Counted from the stretch's first letter, positions 20,800 to 31,094 are shown. The stretch: 64,000 bases of DNA from an uncultured bacterium (GCA_963722385.1 CAVRKK010000002.1:704001-768000), one strand, 5' to 3'. The notes: generated by a model not told the origin, from the sequence alone. Translations and numbers: made by a program.

Positions 20800-22848
20800 T
20801 TATCCTAAATTGGCAGGGCATTGCCAATCAAACATCTTAGCCGTAATCCCAAATTTGCCCGCGAGTGATTTGAGAACGAGAGGTGCTTTTTTCATAAATT
20901 CCTCGCCGGTGCCATAGGGACCAAATAAGTCATGTTCATTTTTTACATAATCATTAATTATGGTCCCTGGGGTTTTTGCAAGGTTGAGCCACCCTAAAAT
21001 ATACTGGTAAAGGCGTGTTGCGTGATTCAACTCTTCAGGGTCAACCGGTCCTACTAAGAGATGCTGAGCTTCTTTAAAGAGTAAATCGATGCTGAAGAAA
21101 GCGTTCTCATGCTCGATATCTTTGAGATCGGCAAAATGGTAAGCATGAGCAAGGAAGACCATCAGAGCATCACTAAAATACTCCAGCTCAATAGTATCTT
21201 CACTCTGATGCTGTGCTAGTGGGGGCTTCAGCATAATTTTCAGGAGCTCGTAAATTTTTTGCGCATATGATGTGTCGCTCATGCGGGGCGATCTAAATAC
21301 AAGGTTCTCCGCTTCCGTTACCAAACAGGTGAGCAGATGTTCATATTCTGTTGTTGAATGTATCGCGGCAACCTTACTCAGCGGCTGATCCGTGAGGTTT
21401 TTAAGCTCGGGGCACGGCTTGCAAAGACTGGTGCCTATTTTCGGCATCCATTGCGCAACCAAGTTATTGAGCTTATGGCGATATTCTTTCGTTTGTGCGC
21501 CTGACAAGAATGTATAGCGGTAGATCTTAACGCCGCTTTGCGGGTTAAGCATGAAGTCGTTCGTCAAAAGTATACGTCCTTGTATTTTATTAATGTTGGA
21601 CCAACCGACTGCTTGCGGGTTTTTTCGATAGATGTCGAGGTACGTTTTTACGTCGAGATTCTGCGGTTCGAGCTTTTCTAGAGTTTCCGTTTGCTCGTTT
21701 TTAAGCGTAATGGGGTATATTTTGTATTCATAAGCAAGCGATAAGCACTGTTCCCAGAGCTTGGTCTGCTCTTGGCAATTAAGAGGAGCGCCGTATGGGT
21801 ATGATAAATATACGTAATCATTAACTTTGTCGGGCGGTATAAATATTTGTAATAGGTTGCCTTCTGGTACATTAAAATATTGCTTGTAAAGAAGGGCCAG
21901 CTCGTTAATAAACTCTTGGGGCAATTGGCCCGGCATCAATTTGTTTAAAAAACTGCGAATTATCGAGGGGTACTCTATACCAAAAACGGGTGATTCGCTA
22001 TGGCTTTCTAAAAAATAGTATTCGAGGGTAGACTCGCCTTCATCGGCAGCAGCAAACAGAGAAAAATTTACTGAAAGGAGTAGGTTGCGTATAGCAGCTC
22101 GGTCGTCTGAATCAAATCCTAGTCGTAGCACATCAGCCAGCGTAGCGTCATAGAGAGATTTTCCCGGGATTCTCAGGTAAGCAAATGCTGGGTTAGGCGC
22201 GGCCTGGGAGGCATACGTACGCAAGGCATTATCAAGGTCATAGAGGAAAGCAAATATATTATCTTGGCCATGATAAAAGACAAACATGTCTTTATTTCTT
22301 CGCTCTTGGTTGATGATGCGAGAGATAAAATCTACCATACGTGGCTTGTTAAATTGTTCGCGATAAAAGGGAAACGTATGAGCAAAGGCCTCAGTTTGGG
22401 TAAGATTTTTGAGATCCTGTGGCTTAAGAAGTACGTCGAGTTTCTGTTTGGCCGTTTTTTCAGGCCAGGGCACATCATGTATCTTAAGGGGTACGGCTTG
22501 CTGACTTAAGCCAAAAGTCACTTGTAGGGTTTCAAGTAATCGTTCGATGATAACAATATTAGCCTCCTCGAGATCATCGAAATCTAAAATTTCTGTGGGA
22601 TTATCAAGATAAAGCTCGATCAGCAAAGAAATTCGGGTACAAAGATCACCGGCTTCTTTTTTGGTTGTTTCATTTACCGATTGTGCCAATAAATGTTGGG
22701 CCTCTCTGATGAGTACCCTTACTTTTTTATCGAATTCTTCGGGCGTGGCGAGCGCCATGTCTTTGCTCATGATGGTATCGGCGAGGAACGCACCGTAATT
22801 GTTCGCGATGATCGAGAGAGTGATTATTACAAAAAATATTTTTTTCAT
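20800..22848 (-). CDS. Secreted hypothetical protein, possible ADP-ribosyltransferase-like core
   Basis: Signal peptide; FVFYHGQ strand; repeated EAQHLL helices. Confidence 0.6.
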   Translation of the reverse strand: MKKIFFVIITLSIIANNYGAFLADTIMSKDMALATPEEFDKKVRVLIREAQHLLAQSVNETTKKEAGDLCTRISLLIELYLDNPTEILDFDDLEEANIVIIERLLETLQVTFGLSQQAVPLKIHDVPWPEKTAKQKLDVLLKPQDLKNLTQTEAFAHTFPFYREQFNKPRMVDFISRIINQERRNKDMFVFYHGQDNIFAFLYDLDNALRTYASQAAPNPAFAYLRIPGKSLYDATLADVLRLGFDSDDRAAIRNLLLSVNFSLFAAADEGESTLEYYFLESHSESPVFGIEYPSIIRSFLNKLMPGQLPQEFINELALLYKQYFNVPEGNLLQIFIPPDKVNDYVYLSYPYGAPLNCQEQTKLWEQCLSLAYEYKIYPITLKNEQTETLEKLEPQNLDVKTYLDIYRKNPQAVGWSNINKIQGRILLTNDFMLNPQSGVKIYRYTFLSGAQTKEYRHKLNNLVAQWMPKIGTSLCKPCPELKNLTDQPLSKVAAIHSTTEYEHLLTCLVTEAENLVFRSPRMSDTSYAQKIYELLKIMLKPPLAQHQSEDTIELEYFSDALMVFLAHAYHFADLKDIEHENAFFSIDLLFKEAQHLLVGPVDPEELNHATRLYQYILGWLNLAKTPGTIINDYVKNEHDLFGPYGTGEEFMKKAPLVLKSLAGKFGITAKMFDWQCPANLG

Positions 22849-23013
22849 GGTTTTCCTTTAATAACTACTTGAATTACATTATAGTTAATAATTTTATTTA
22901 TTGTCAATATTAGAAAATATTGGGCAAGTTTTATGAGTATTCGGCAAAAAGAGCGCCACGTGGTATAATAAAAAGCACATTACGGTCCATTATGGCCAAC
23001 CAAGGTATGTTTC

Positions 23014-24456
23014 ATGAAACACGAGATTGTGAGAGTTCGTTTTGCCCCATCGCCGACGGGTTTTATGCATTTGGGAAATGTTCGTGCCGCGCTTATGAAC
23101 TTTCTTTTTGCACGCCAGCGTGGTGGTACTTTTATTCTCCGGCTTGAGGATACGGATCCTGCGAGAAACGTTGATCCGGGTGGCAAGCATATCATGGCTG
23201 ATTTAGCGTGGCTGCAGCTTGCCTATGACGAGGGTCCTGGTGTTGGAGGACCCTATGCGCCCTATGCACAATCGCAGCGAACTCCTATTTACCAAGAATA
23301 TCTTGTCCTTTTGCAAGCAAAAAACTTAGTGTACCCATGCTTTTGTTCGACTGAGGAGCTTGAAAAAAAACGTGAGCGGCAGCGGGTTCTCAAGTTGCCA
23401 CCGCGCTATGACCGGGCATGCTTACGGCTTACTGAGTCGGAAAGAGCGGCGCTCTTGCAGAAAAATACACCCTTTATTTGGCGCTTTAAGCTGAGCACTG
23501 GCACGGTTGCCGTAGAGGATATGGGGCGCGGCGTCTTAACCTATGATCTCAAGCATTTTTCTGATTTTCCCCTTTCGCGTCAAGATGGTAGCTTTACGTT
23601 TATTTTTGCCAATTTTGTCGATGATCTTATTATGAAAATAACCCATATTATACGCGGTGAAGATCATCTTAGTAATACAGCTCTTCAGGCGGCTCTTTAT
23701 GAAGCCCTTGACCAGCCGGTTCCTCTTTTTTGGCACTTGCCCACTATTTGCAATAACGAGGGGAAAAAGCTTTCGAAGCGGGATTTTGGATTTTCTCTTA
23801 CTGATCTGCACCAGGCAGGTTTCTTGCCTGAGGCCATTGACAACTATTTAGCAATTATTGGCGGGTCATTTGAGCATGAGATTATGAGTTTGGCGGAACT
23901 TATAAGCATATTTAATTTTAATAACTTAGCATCGAGTGGGCCAATTAAGTATGATCTTGAAAAATTACGCTGGGTTAATCATAAGTGGCTTGAGCGGTTG
24001 GCCATCGATGATCTGGCAAGCCGTTGTCGGCCGTATCTTATACACGCGTATCCTGCTGTTGAATCGCTCGATTATCAAGTTCTTGAGCAGCTTATAGCGA
24101 TGGTAAGGACAGAGGTCATGGTCATGCACGATATTGTGCCAGCTCTTGCCTTTTATTTCAAGCAGCCGCAGCTTGTGCCGGAGCACCTAAAAGACGTAAA
24201 GCCGGTGATAGCAGAAATTATTGCTCAATGCCTCCAACATGCGGGCCCTGTTTTTAGTGGCGAGCATTTTCTTGAGTTTATTAAGAAAGCTGCCCAAGAA
24301 GCGGGTCTTGCGACCAAAGAGATCTTCTCGGCCTTGCGGCTTGCGCTTACCGGCGGGCAGCGGGGGCCAGGCATCAAAGAGTTGCTCGTTGTTCTTCCTG
24401 CCGAAGAGGCTTATGGGAGATTGAGTCAGTTCGTTAATCAAGTTCGTGGGAAATAA
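23014..24456 (+). CDS. gltX: Glutamate--tRNA ligase
   Basis: RFAPSPTGFMHLGN, RLEDTD, IRGEDH and KKLSKR motifs. Confidence 0.96.
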   Translation: MKHEIVRVRFAPSPTGFMHLGNVRAALMNFLFARQRGGTFILRLEDTDPARNVDPGGKHIMADLAWLQLAYDEGPGVGGPYAPYAQSQRTPIYQEYLVLLQAKNLVYPCFCSTEELEKKRERQRVLKLPPRYDRACLRLTESERAALLQKNTPFIWRFKLSTGTVAVEDMGRGVLTYDLKHFSDFPLSRQDGSFTFIFANFVDDLIMKITHIIRGEDHLSNTALQAALYEALDQPVPLFWHLPTICNNEGKKLSKRDFGFSLTDLHQAGFLPEAIDNYLAIIGGSFEHEIMSLAELISIFNFNNLASSGPIKYDLEKLRWVNHKWLERLAIDDLASRCRPYLIHAYPAVESLDYQVLEQLIAMVRTEVMVMHDIVPALAFYFKQPQLVPEHLKDVKPVIAEIIAQCLQHAGPVFSGEHFLEFIKKAAQEAGLATKEIFSALRLALTGGQRGPGIKELLVVLPAEEAYGRLSQFVNQVRGK

Positions 24457-24523
24457 ATAAAGAGCAAGTGTTTTCGGTTTGCAAACGGGGCAAATTAAAT
24501 ATAGCAAGCAATAGAACAGTAAC

Positions 24524-25093
24524 CGCCTCCGCGGCGCATACGGCAGGCGCATAACTGAACAAGAGATTCCGGAACAATCAGCCTTAAAAAAGAAAATTAG
24601 CTTGTTGCTCAACGAATATGCCTGCGCGGCGGTGCGGCAAGCGGGGTTCGCGCAACCTACGCCAATCGCCTTCTTTCGAAGGCTGCTCCGGACAAAACAT
24701 GCGTTACTTCGCATGTTTATGTCCTATGCAACCTGTGCGCCGCTTTCCCCGGCCCCTTCCGCCTACGTTTTTCGCTCTTCTTTAGAAGAGCTACTTCGGA
24801 CAAATTAGGCGCTACTCCGCCTAATTCTGTCCTTGCATCCCAGAAGGATGCGCCGGGCCACTACGGAGGGCCTCATCAGACTTTTATTTATTAAGGGTTT
24901 GGATAAAGAGATTACAGCAAAACAAAAAATCTATTCTCCGTTAGGAGAATTGCGTTTGCCGAAATCATGCGCCCCGCATGGTTATGGCACGAGAAGAGAA
25001 AGAAAAACTGCTTGCGCTACTACGCATATTGGTGTGGGTGCAGGGCCGCTGCCCTGCTGCCCGCGGCATAGGCGCCCCAGCTGGGTAGGCGAT
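24524..25093. repeat. Structured dispersed repeat, copy 1 (inverted relative to copies 2 and 3)
   Basis: Reverse complement near-identical in blocks to 29779-30264 and 37192-37641; GC-rich terminal inverted motifs; many hairpins. Confidence 0.92.
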
Positions 25094-25112
25094 ATTTATT
25101 CTATTCTTTAGT

Positions 25113-25871
25113 CTAGATGCCCAGTAATAATTTTGTGAGTGGTGGGCCTATGAGTACATAGCTGATTGCTCCAAGCGCCAGGAGCGGACCGAAGGGTATG
25201 CGTACTTGCATGACCGAAGCCTTACTGGTACGAGCCGTGAGAAGGTACCAAAGCGCGATTACCATTCCTGCCACTGACCCGATGACGAGCGAAAGCCAAG
25301 CGCCAATAATACCTGTAAACGCGCCGATTAAGGCAAGCAGATCAAGGTCGCCAAGCCCGAGCCCCTCTTTGCCCTTTCGTAGCCAAAAGAGCTTCCGAAT
25401 CGACCATAACAAGCCGTAGCCAAACAGCGTTCCCCCAATGCTTGCTAATGGCGCTAGCGGCAAGAGCCCTAAAAGGCTGCATATGACGGCAACGGGAATG
25501 ATATAGAGGGTTGCGGCGCGCAATATTACCATTTGCTCAAGGTCTGTTCGTATGCTTACTATAAGTGCTGAAAACAAAATCGCATAAGCAAAAAAGAAAT
25601 GATGATCAACCCGTACCCAAAGCAAGGTCAAACTGATGGCGCATAGGAGCTCAATTAAGGGGTAAAGCCATGAAATGGGCGCTCTACACGAACGACAACG
25701 CCCGCGCAGTGTAATCCATGAGATTATGGGGATTAGGTCGTAGACGGCCAAGGTCTTTTCGCAATGGGGACAAAAAGAACGCTTGATAGCCCAGGAATAA
25801 CCATAAAGCCCACGAAACGCTATTACGTTTAAAAATGACCCCCAGCATAAGGCTGCGAAAAATACTCCAAT
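25113..25871 (-). CDS. pilD: Prepilin peptidase (A24)
   Basis: Upstream in-frame GSFLNVIAFR and RSFCPHC, then RGRCRSC, YPLIE, GLGDLDL and PFGP; no ATG/GTG/TTG upstream of the N-terminal motif, so the start is placed at ATT 25871. Confidence 0.88.
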   Translation of the reverse strand: MGVFFAALCWGSFLNVIAFRGLYGYSWAIKRSFCPHCEKTLAVYDLIPIISWITLRGRCRSCRAPISWLYPLIELLCAISLTLLWVRVDHHFFFAYAILFSALIVSIRTDLEQMVILRAATLYIIPVAVICSLLGLLPLAPLASIGGTLFGYGLLWSIRKLFWLRKGKEGLGLGDLDLLALIGAFTGIIGAWLSLVIGSVAGMVIALWYLLTARTSKASVMQVRIPFGPLLALGAISYVLIGPPLTKLLLGI

Positions 25872-26242
25872 TACGATGATGAGTCCGCCTTAATCTTTTC
25901 GAAGAGCTCCTCAAGGGCTTGATGCTTTTCAAAAAGCGTATCGTATTTAAACATAAGCTCTGGCGTGTAACGCCGATTAAGCTGCTCTGCAAGAGCTTTG
26001 CGCAGTGACGGCCGATACAGCTTGAGCACTTCCAAAATTTTATCAAATGCGGCCTCGCCGCCCGGCGTATAGAAAAAGACGGTAGCTATTTTGCCATCAG
26101 GAGAAAGCTGGACCCGATGAGGGAAGATCCCCTCAAGGCGCGAATCATCCAAAGCAGCCTGGCGAAAAAGCTCAGCAACGGAATGCAAGAGCTGCTTTTC
26201 GCGCTGAGATTGCTTTATTGTCTTAACTGGAGGCGTTGACAT
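25871..26242 (-). CDS. rbfA: Ribosome-binding factor A
   Basis: VQLSPD..ATVF, LRKALA, RYTPELMFKYD motifs. Confidence 0.9.
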   Translation of the reverse strand: MSTPPVKTIKQSQREKQLLHSVAELFRQAALDDSRLEGIFPHRVQLSPDGKIATVFFYTPGGEAAFDKILEVLKLYRPSLRKALAEQLNRRYTPELMFKYDTLFEKHQALEELFEKIKADSSS

Positions 26243-26257
26243 GATACTCGGTAGTTA

Positions 26258-26491
26258 TTAGATAATGTGATGCGCAGCCATACGAAGTAAGTTTTGCTTA
26301 ATGGCGCGCATAAGCTTCTTGCGGCGCTTTTGAGCATGAGACTCGTGATACACGATGCGCTTCATATCACGGACTATTCCCTCGCGCTCCGTTTTTTTCT
26401 TAAATTGTCGTAGCGCTCGTTCAACTTTTTTCTCGTCGAGACTATCGTTAATGACGACAACGATGTTACCTTTGTGGTTATGAGAAGCCAT
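26258..26491 (-). CDS. rpsU: 30S ribosomal protein S21
   Basis: VERALRQFKKKTEREGIVRDMKR...KRRKK. Confidence 0.85.
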   Translation of the reverse strand: MASHNHKGNIVVVINDSLDEKKVERALRQFKKKTEREGIVRDMKRIVYHESHAQKRRKKLMRAIKQNLLRMAAHHII

Positions 26492-26577
26492 AATAGTTGT
26501 TTATGTCCTTTCTTAATAGTACGATCTATTTCCTGCTCTTTATCTTTATTGTATAGTTTCTCTGCTGTCATGTCCAG

Positions 26578-28209
26578 TTAAAAGAATATATTGAAAGATC
26601 CCAAGACCGTTGTTGATCGATACCCATTTTGCTGAAACAGGGGGATCTGCCATACAATGCCGAGCATTATATTAGGGGAAATCTCGTAATTAAGGGCGCC
26701 GTTAATGATATGTATCCTAAATTCAGATTCGTTGTGGAGCTTTTTCGTCAAAATCCGGCGCTTGTGTCGTTCATGGTGCTTATGGTGGTTTTTCTTATGG
26801 GGAACTACCATAATTCCCTCACTTGATGAGCCTCTGGTAGGCCGCTCATCGATCGAGACTACGTCAAAGTCATCTTTGTCATGATTGATGACCATGTACT
26901 GTACATAGGCTGAAAACCGGTCGAGAAATCGATAGGCATTAAGGTATGCTGCAAAGTGCCAGTTAAAGCCCGGTTGTACTCGCATGGTGGTAAGTTCAGG
27001 GAAGACCCCTGATTGCAGTTCATTGGTAGGCGCGGGGAATTTTGTGTGAACTTTTGGCGCAAATCCGGTAATACCCCAATCGCCGCCTATTTCAAATGCG
27101 TCGACAAAGTCAAAGGTGACGCCCGCGCGGCCGCCATATGACCAGTGGCCATCATTGCCAAAGGGCAAGGCGAACAGGTTGTTGTGGCGCATTTGTTTAC
27201 CGCTTGGGATGGTAAAGCCAAATGAGGCAAATGGCGTAATGACCGTGAATGGCCAGTCGCATCTATCCTTATTAATGGGGTACATGCGTGCCCAGTTAAG
27301 ATCTACCTCTATATCCTCAAAGCCAGTCTTGCTAAAAGGCGCCGGGGTAAGTAAATTCTCATCGATATCAAGGCCGAGAAGCCGTTCTAATTTTTGCTTT
27401 TGGTTAATAATCCGGTCCATGACAAGCCCTTTACAAAGGCAGTTTGGGATGTTTATGCAGCAGTCTGCATTGACGCATATGTTGTCGGTATCAGAAAACG
27501 GTTCAACGTCACTGACAATACTGCAGCACGTTGACGTTGCACTTGGGCATGGCATATCTTGTAAGCCAGCTGGGGTTGTACAGTTGCGAACGGGGCACGT
27601 TTGGCCACTGGCAGTACAAGAAAAGTCGATAAAGTCTGGCTCTTGGAAAATGTGGGAAACGCCGCCACTGATCTGTATGGTAAAGTCGCAGGGCAGGCCT
27701 ATTTCTGCCTCGAGGCGAGACCCGTATTTTCTGTATAAGATAGGTACGGAAAGGAAGCCGAAATTCATTTCACGATCAATGCCTGCCGGTTCAGTTAACA
27801 AGTTAACGCCGAGATCAGTTTGGCATGCAGTCACGGTATTGGAAGTATCCAGATCAAGCCCACGAATGAGCTGTTTTCGCTTGTGCGGGTCGTAGAATGG
27901 CCCGAGCATGTTCCATCGGCCTTTTAGGTCTCCGAGCTCGGCATCTTCAAATTCGGTGAGGTCGCCGCCAGCTACTGCTGATTGTCGAAACACAGAAAAT
28001 GAAACACGTAAGTTGTCGTTGCATGATTCTTCGCAATAATCCTCGAGCTCATTGCGCCGGCTACGTGTCAAGAAATCATAAGGGTCATTGGTAGAATAAA
28101 GAGGATAGGGATCGTTATTGGTCAACCTCGTTAAAGCAACAGCTTCTAACGATTGGCATACCAGCAGTATGAGTACAATAAGGCAGTATTTTACGAGCCG
28201 TGCTAACAT
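26578..28209 (-). CDS. Putative outer-membrane beta-barrel protein with Cys-rich and His-rich inserts
   Basis: Signal peptide, terminal Phe (GSFNIFF), amphipathic strands, FGNDGH motif. Confidence 0.6.
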   Translation of the reverse strand: MLARLVKYCLIVLILLVCQSLEAVALTRLTNNDPYPLYSTNDPYDFLTRSRRNELEDYCEESCNDNLRVSFSVFRQSAVAGGDLTEFEDAELGDLKGRWNMLGPFYDPHKRKQLIRGLDLDTSNTVTACQTDLGVNLLTEPAGIDREMNFGFLSVPILYRKYGSRLEAEIGLPCDFTIQISGGVSHIFQEPDFIDFSCTASGQTCPVRNCTTPAGLQDMPCPSATSTCCSIVSDVEPFSDTDNICVNADCCINIPNCLCKGLVMDRIINQKQKLERLLGLDIDENLLTPAPFSKTGFEDIEVDLNWARMYPINKDRCDWPFTVITPFASFGFTIPSGKQMRHNNLFALPFGNDGHWSYGGRAGVTFDFVDAFEIGGDWGITGFAPKVHTKFPAPTNELQSGVFPELTTMRVQPGFNWHFAAYLNAYRFLDRFSAYVQYMVINHDKDDFDVVSIDERPTRGSSSEGIMVVPHKKNHHKHHERHKRRILTKKLHNESEFRIHIINGALNYEISPNIMLGIVWQIPLFQQNGYRSTTVLGSFNIFF

Positions 28210-28272
28210 TACTATCCTTTCTCATCGCTCCGAATTTGCTGTGTTTACGTATAGCATCTTTGAGCAAGAACC

Positions 28273-29448
28273 TCAACTGATCATGTGCTGCCAAATTCCT
28301 TCAAGGGCGTATAGGCACATGATTACGGCGCTTGCGATGCCAGCTCTTGCTATCCAGCGTTCTTTGGCCGTGCTTGGCATAAGATTGGCAGCAAGTGGCC
28401 AAATTGCGCTTGCAAGAGGAATAATTATACAAAGCGCTGCTCCATTAAAGAAGAGATCGATGCTCTTAAAAAAGACGCTCATTACCGCCACCGCTACGGT
28501 GAGGCCGATAACCGCCTGGTTGGTAGTGATTTTAAAAGGCAGCGCGGATAGCCCCGAAAGCGAGTGAACGAGGGACCCAAGTGACCATAAGAGAGCATGG
28601 ATAGTGCCCATAATGGTGATAATGATTGCGCAGATAATAAAGGTGATGAGCCATGAGTATTCGGGAAACAAGGCGTACAAGAAATCGGAAAGCGAACCGC
28701 CCTTGAGAACGAGTGCTCGTGGGATGCCTAAAAAGGTTGATGCTACGAACGTGATATATATTGCGCTTACCGCTATGATTGACCAGGTTATCGCTCGCGG
28801 GACAACACGTTCAGGTTTGTCGACCAGTGCGTGGAGTGCGGTAACTGCTTCGAAGCCAAAAAAGCCAAAAATAACCACTTTGGTTGCTCGTAAGATCGAA
28901 TTGGGGCCATAGGGTAAAAATGGGCTTAAGTTGCTAATTTTCGCCTTCGTAAAGCAGAGTATTGTTATAATAACCAGGGGTAAAATGGTGAGTGCTATCA
29001 ATACTATTTGCCCACTATGTAGAATGCGCGTGCCCATGAGTAATGATGCTGCGAGCGAGAGAAGCGCAACCATCGATAAAAATACAGCCGATATGTTGGG
29101 GAAAAGCGTATGAAGGTATAATCCTGTCATGCGCGTTAAGAGGCCCATGGCGACGGCAACCCCTGCTATATATAACAATGCTGCGGCGAGACCAAGCGAT
29201 TTGCCACCCCAAGCGGCAACGTAGGCGTAGAAAGAGCCTTCGTGAGGATAATATTGGGCAACGCGGGCAAGAGAATAGGCGATGGACCAAATGGCTCCAA
29301 TGACAAAAAAGTACGTGAGGATGGCGGCCGGGCCGACGGTACGCTGTAGTTGTTCAGGGATCATAAAGACCCCAGCCCCGATCATGGCATTCATCCCAAC
29401 AATGATGGCCATCGCAAGGCCCATTTTTTTATCGTTATTCGTCGTCAT
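28273..29448 (-). CDS. APC-family amino acid permease
   Basis: GMNAMIGAGVF, GSFYAY and FGFFGFEA motifs; about 11-12 TMs. Confidence 0.9.
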   Translation of the reverse strand: MTTNNDKKMGLAMAIIVGMNAMIGAGVFMIPEQLQRTVGPAAILTYFFVIGAIWSIAYSLARVAQYYPHEGSFYAYVAAWGGKSLGLAAALLYIAGVAVAMGLLTRMTGLYLHTLFPNISAVFLSMVALLSLAASLLMGTRILHSGQIVLIALTILPLVIITILCFTKAKISNLSPFLPYGPNSILRATKVVIFGFFGFEAVTALHALVDKPERVVPRAITWSIIAVSAIYITFVASTFLGIPRALVLKGGSLSDFLYALFPEYSWLITFIICAIIITIMGTIHALLWSLGSLVHSLSGLSALPFKITTNQAVIGLTVAVAVMSVFFKSIDLFFNGAALCIIIPLASAIWPLAANLMPSTAKERWIARAGIASAVIMCLYALEGIWQHMIS

Positions 29449-29507
29449 TAGTTTTTTCTCGTATACTAAAATTAAGATTAAGCAGCTTGTGAGCTATAGG
29501 AAATTGT

Positions 29508-29762
29508 ATGATGTATTGCGCTTATTATCAAGGATATGTTGTTAAAGAGCAGACGTGGTTTTTAGTGGCAGTGTTGCGAAGTTACGAGCACCTCGCGTTT
29601 GACAGAACATTTGATAAGCAAAGAGGGCTTTTCGAATTTTTTGTGCCAGTGGAGCTTGAGCATTTCTTGGTTACGTTGCTTGGTCATATGCGCGAGCTCG
29701 GTGTGGTCTCAAGCTTTGTTAAGCTTCCTAATCGTTTGCTTGATCCCAGCGAAAAAGTTTGA
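29508..29762 (+). CDS. Small conserved hypothetical protein (DUF4911-like)
   Basis: FLVAVLRSYEHLAFDRT...FEFFVP pattern. Confidence 0.6.
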   Translation: MMYCAYYQGYVVKEQTWFLVAVLRSYEHLAFDRTFDKQRGLFEFFVPVELEHFLVTLLGHMRELGVVSSFVKLPNRLLDPSEKV

Positions 29763-29776
29763 AGTGCTTATGCTCT

Positions 29777-30266
29777 AACGCCTACGCGGCGGGCGCGATT
29801 ACGCATCGAGCGGCAGGGCGGCGGCCCTGCACCCATTGATTTGGCATCTGTCACTATCTTGCTATATTCTTTTTTTCTTCCAATGCCATAACCATGCGGG
29901 GCGCATGATTACGGCAACCGCAATTCTCCTCATGGAGAATAGATTCTTTTCTTTGCAGTAATCTCTCTATCCAAACCCTTAATAAATAAAAATCTGATGA
30001 GGCCCTCCGTAGTGGCCCGGCGCATCCTGCCGGGATGCAAGGACAAATTAGGCGGAGTAGCGCCTAATTTGTCCGAAGTAGCTCTTCTGTTAGAAGAGCG
30101 AAAAACGTAGGCGGAAGGGGCCGCTTGGATGGAGATCCAAAGGAACGGTGGCGTGGGGTGCATGACATAAACATGCGAAGTAACGCATGTTTTGTCCAGA
30201 GCAGCCTTCGAAAGAAGGCGATTAGCGTAGGTCGCAAGCATGCCTGCCGCCCGCCGCGGAGGCGTT
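29777..30266. repeat. Structured dispersed repeat, copy 2
   Basis: Ends AACGCCTACGCGGCGGGCG / CGCCCGCCGCGGAGGCGTT form an inverted repeat with one mismatch; internal hairpin array. Confidence 0.92.
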
Positions 30267-30314
30267 TTGTTGTGGCGGCAGCTTTGAAGATACGGTCTAA
30301 CTTAATCGATTCAG

Positions 30315-30770
30315 CTACTCAAGATCATCATGCTCAATCTTGAGCTCGCCATCCTGATTTATGGTCAAAAAGTCTGGATCACCATCACCATCAATATCCC
30401 CGGCGGCACCTATCTTAAAAGCCTGCCCTTGCGCGAAGGTTCCTTTAAGCGCGCCAGCAGGCGCTTTTAACGCACCCGTTAAAAAATTTTTTTTCTCCGA
30501 GCCTTTACTAAACCCATACGTATATTGTAACTGCCCGTCGGCCTTCCAGCCCAAACTGTGGGGGCCCATTATGTTTGACGTGTAAACGCCATGCTCAGCA
30601 TAATAAGCCTTTTGAGCAATATACAGTGCACGCAATTGCGTATAAGCCTCAGCCCTCTTGGCTTTAGCAAAAAATCGCATAAAATTGGGCAGCGCAATCA
30701 TTGATAAAAAAGCAACAAGCGCAAGAACAATCATAAGCTCAATCAAAGTGAACCCGCTAGCTTTTTCCAT
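30315..30770 (-). CDS. Type IV pilin-like protein
   Basis: Class III signal MEKASG|FTLIELMIV, AKAKRAEA and GDIDGD. Confidence 0.92.
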   Translation of the reverse strand: MEKASGFTLIELMIVLALVAFLSMIALPNFMRFFAKAKRAEAYTQLRALYIAQKAYYAEHGVYTSNIMGPHSLGWKADGQLQYTYGFSKGSEKKNFLTGALKAPAGALKGTFAQGQAFKIGAAGDIDGDGDPDFLTINQDGELKIEHDDLE

Positions 30771-31094
30771 ATATCTTCCCCAACAAAGCGCATACATATG
30801 CTAAGCATTTATCATAACGTCTTTTAAACACAACGCAATAGGCGGAAAAAGCATTTTTTACGAGATGCGAACTTTGCGAATTTTTATGCAAAAACACAAA
30901 GAACTCAGATTTGGCATGGTATTACGAGGCCGTTAGTCTCGACTTTTGCAAATTTATATGACAATTTGATAATTTAAAAAATGATTCACTGTAAAACTAA
31001 TTTTTCTTTGACATTTTAAGAAATATCGTTACATTATTCAAAGACAAGGTACGTTTTAACCAATACTTAAAGCATGCAGAGACGGAGATATAGC

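Noticed and set aside
24513..24546. Group II intron domain V-like GCCGTATGCG on the minus strand
   Set aside because: Triad is TGC, pairing is poor, there is no RT gene, and the motif is absent from the other copies
24187..25111. ORFs within the repeat copies (also 29930-30343 and 37388-37686)
   Set aside because: Frames are not preserved between copies and resemble no protein family; variation follows stem-loop rather than codon structure
27116..27895. 259-aa plus-strand ORF and other antisense ORFs
   Set aside because: Shadow frames of well-supported genes on the opposite strand
29994..30125. Hammerhead ribozyme (CTGATGA conserved in all three repeat copies)
   Set aside because: The stem after CTGATGA closes onto GCTT or CGGC rather than the required GAAA, and no stem I/III with an NUH site could be built
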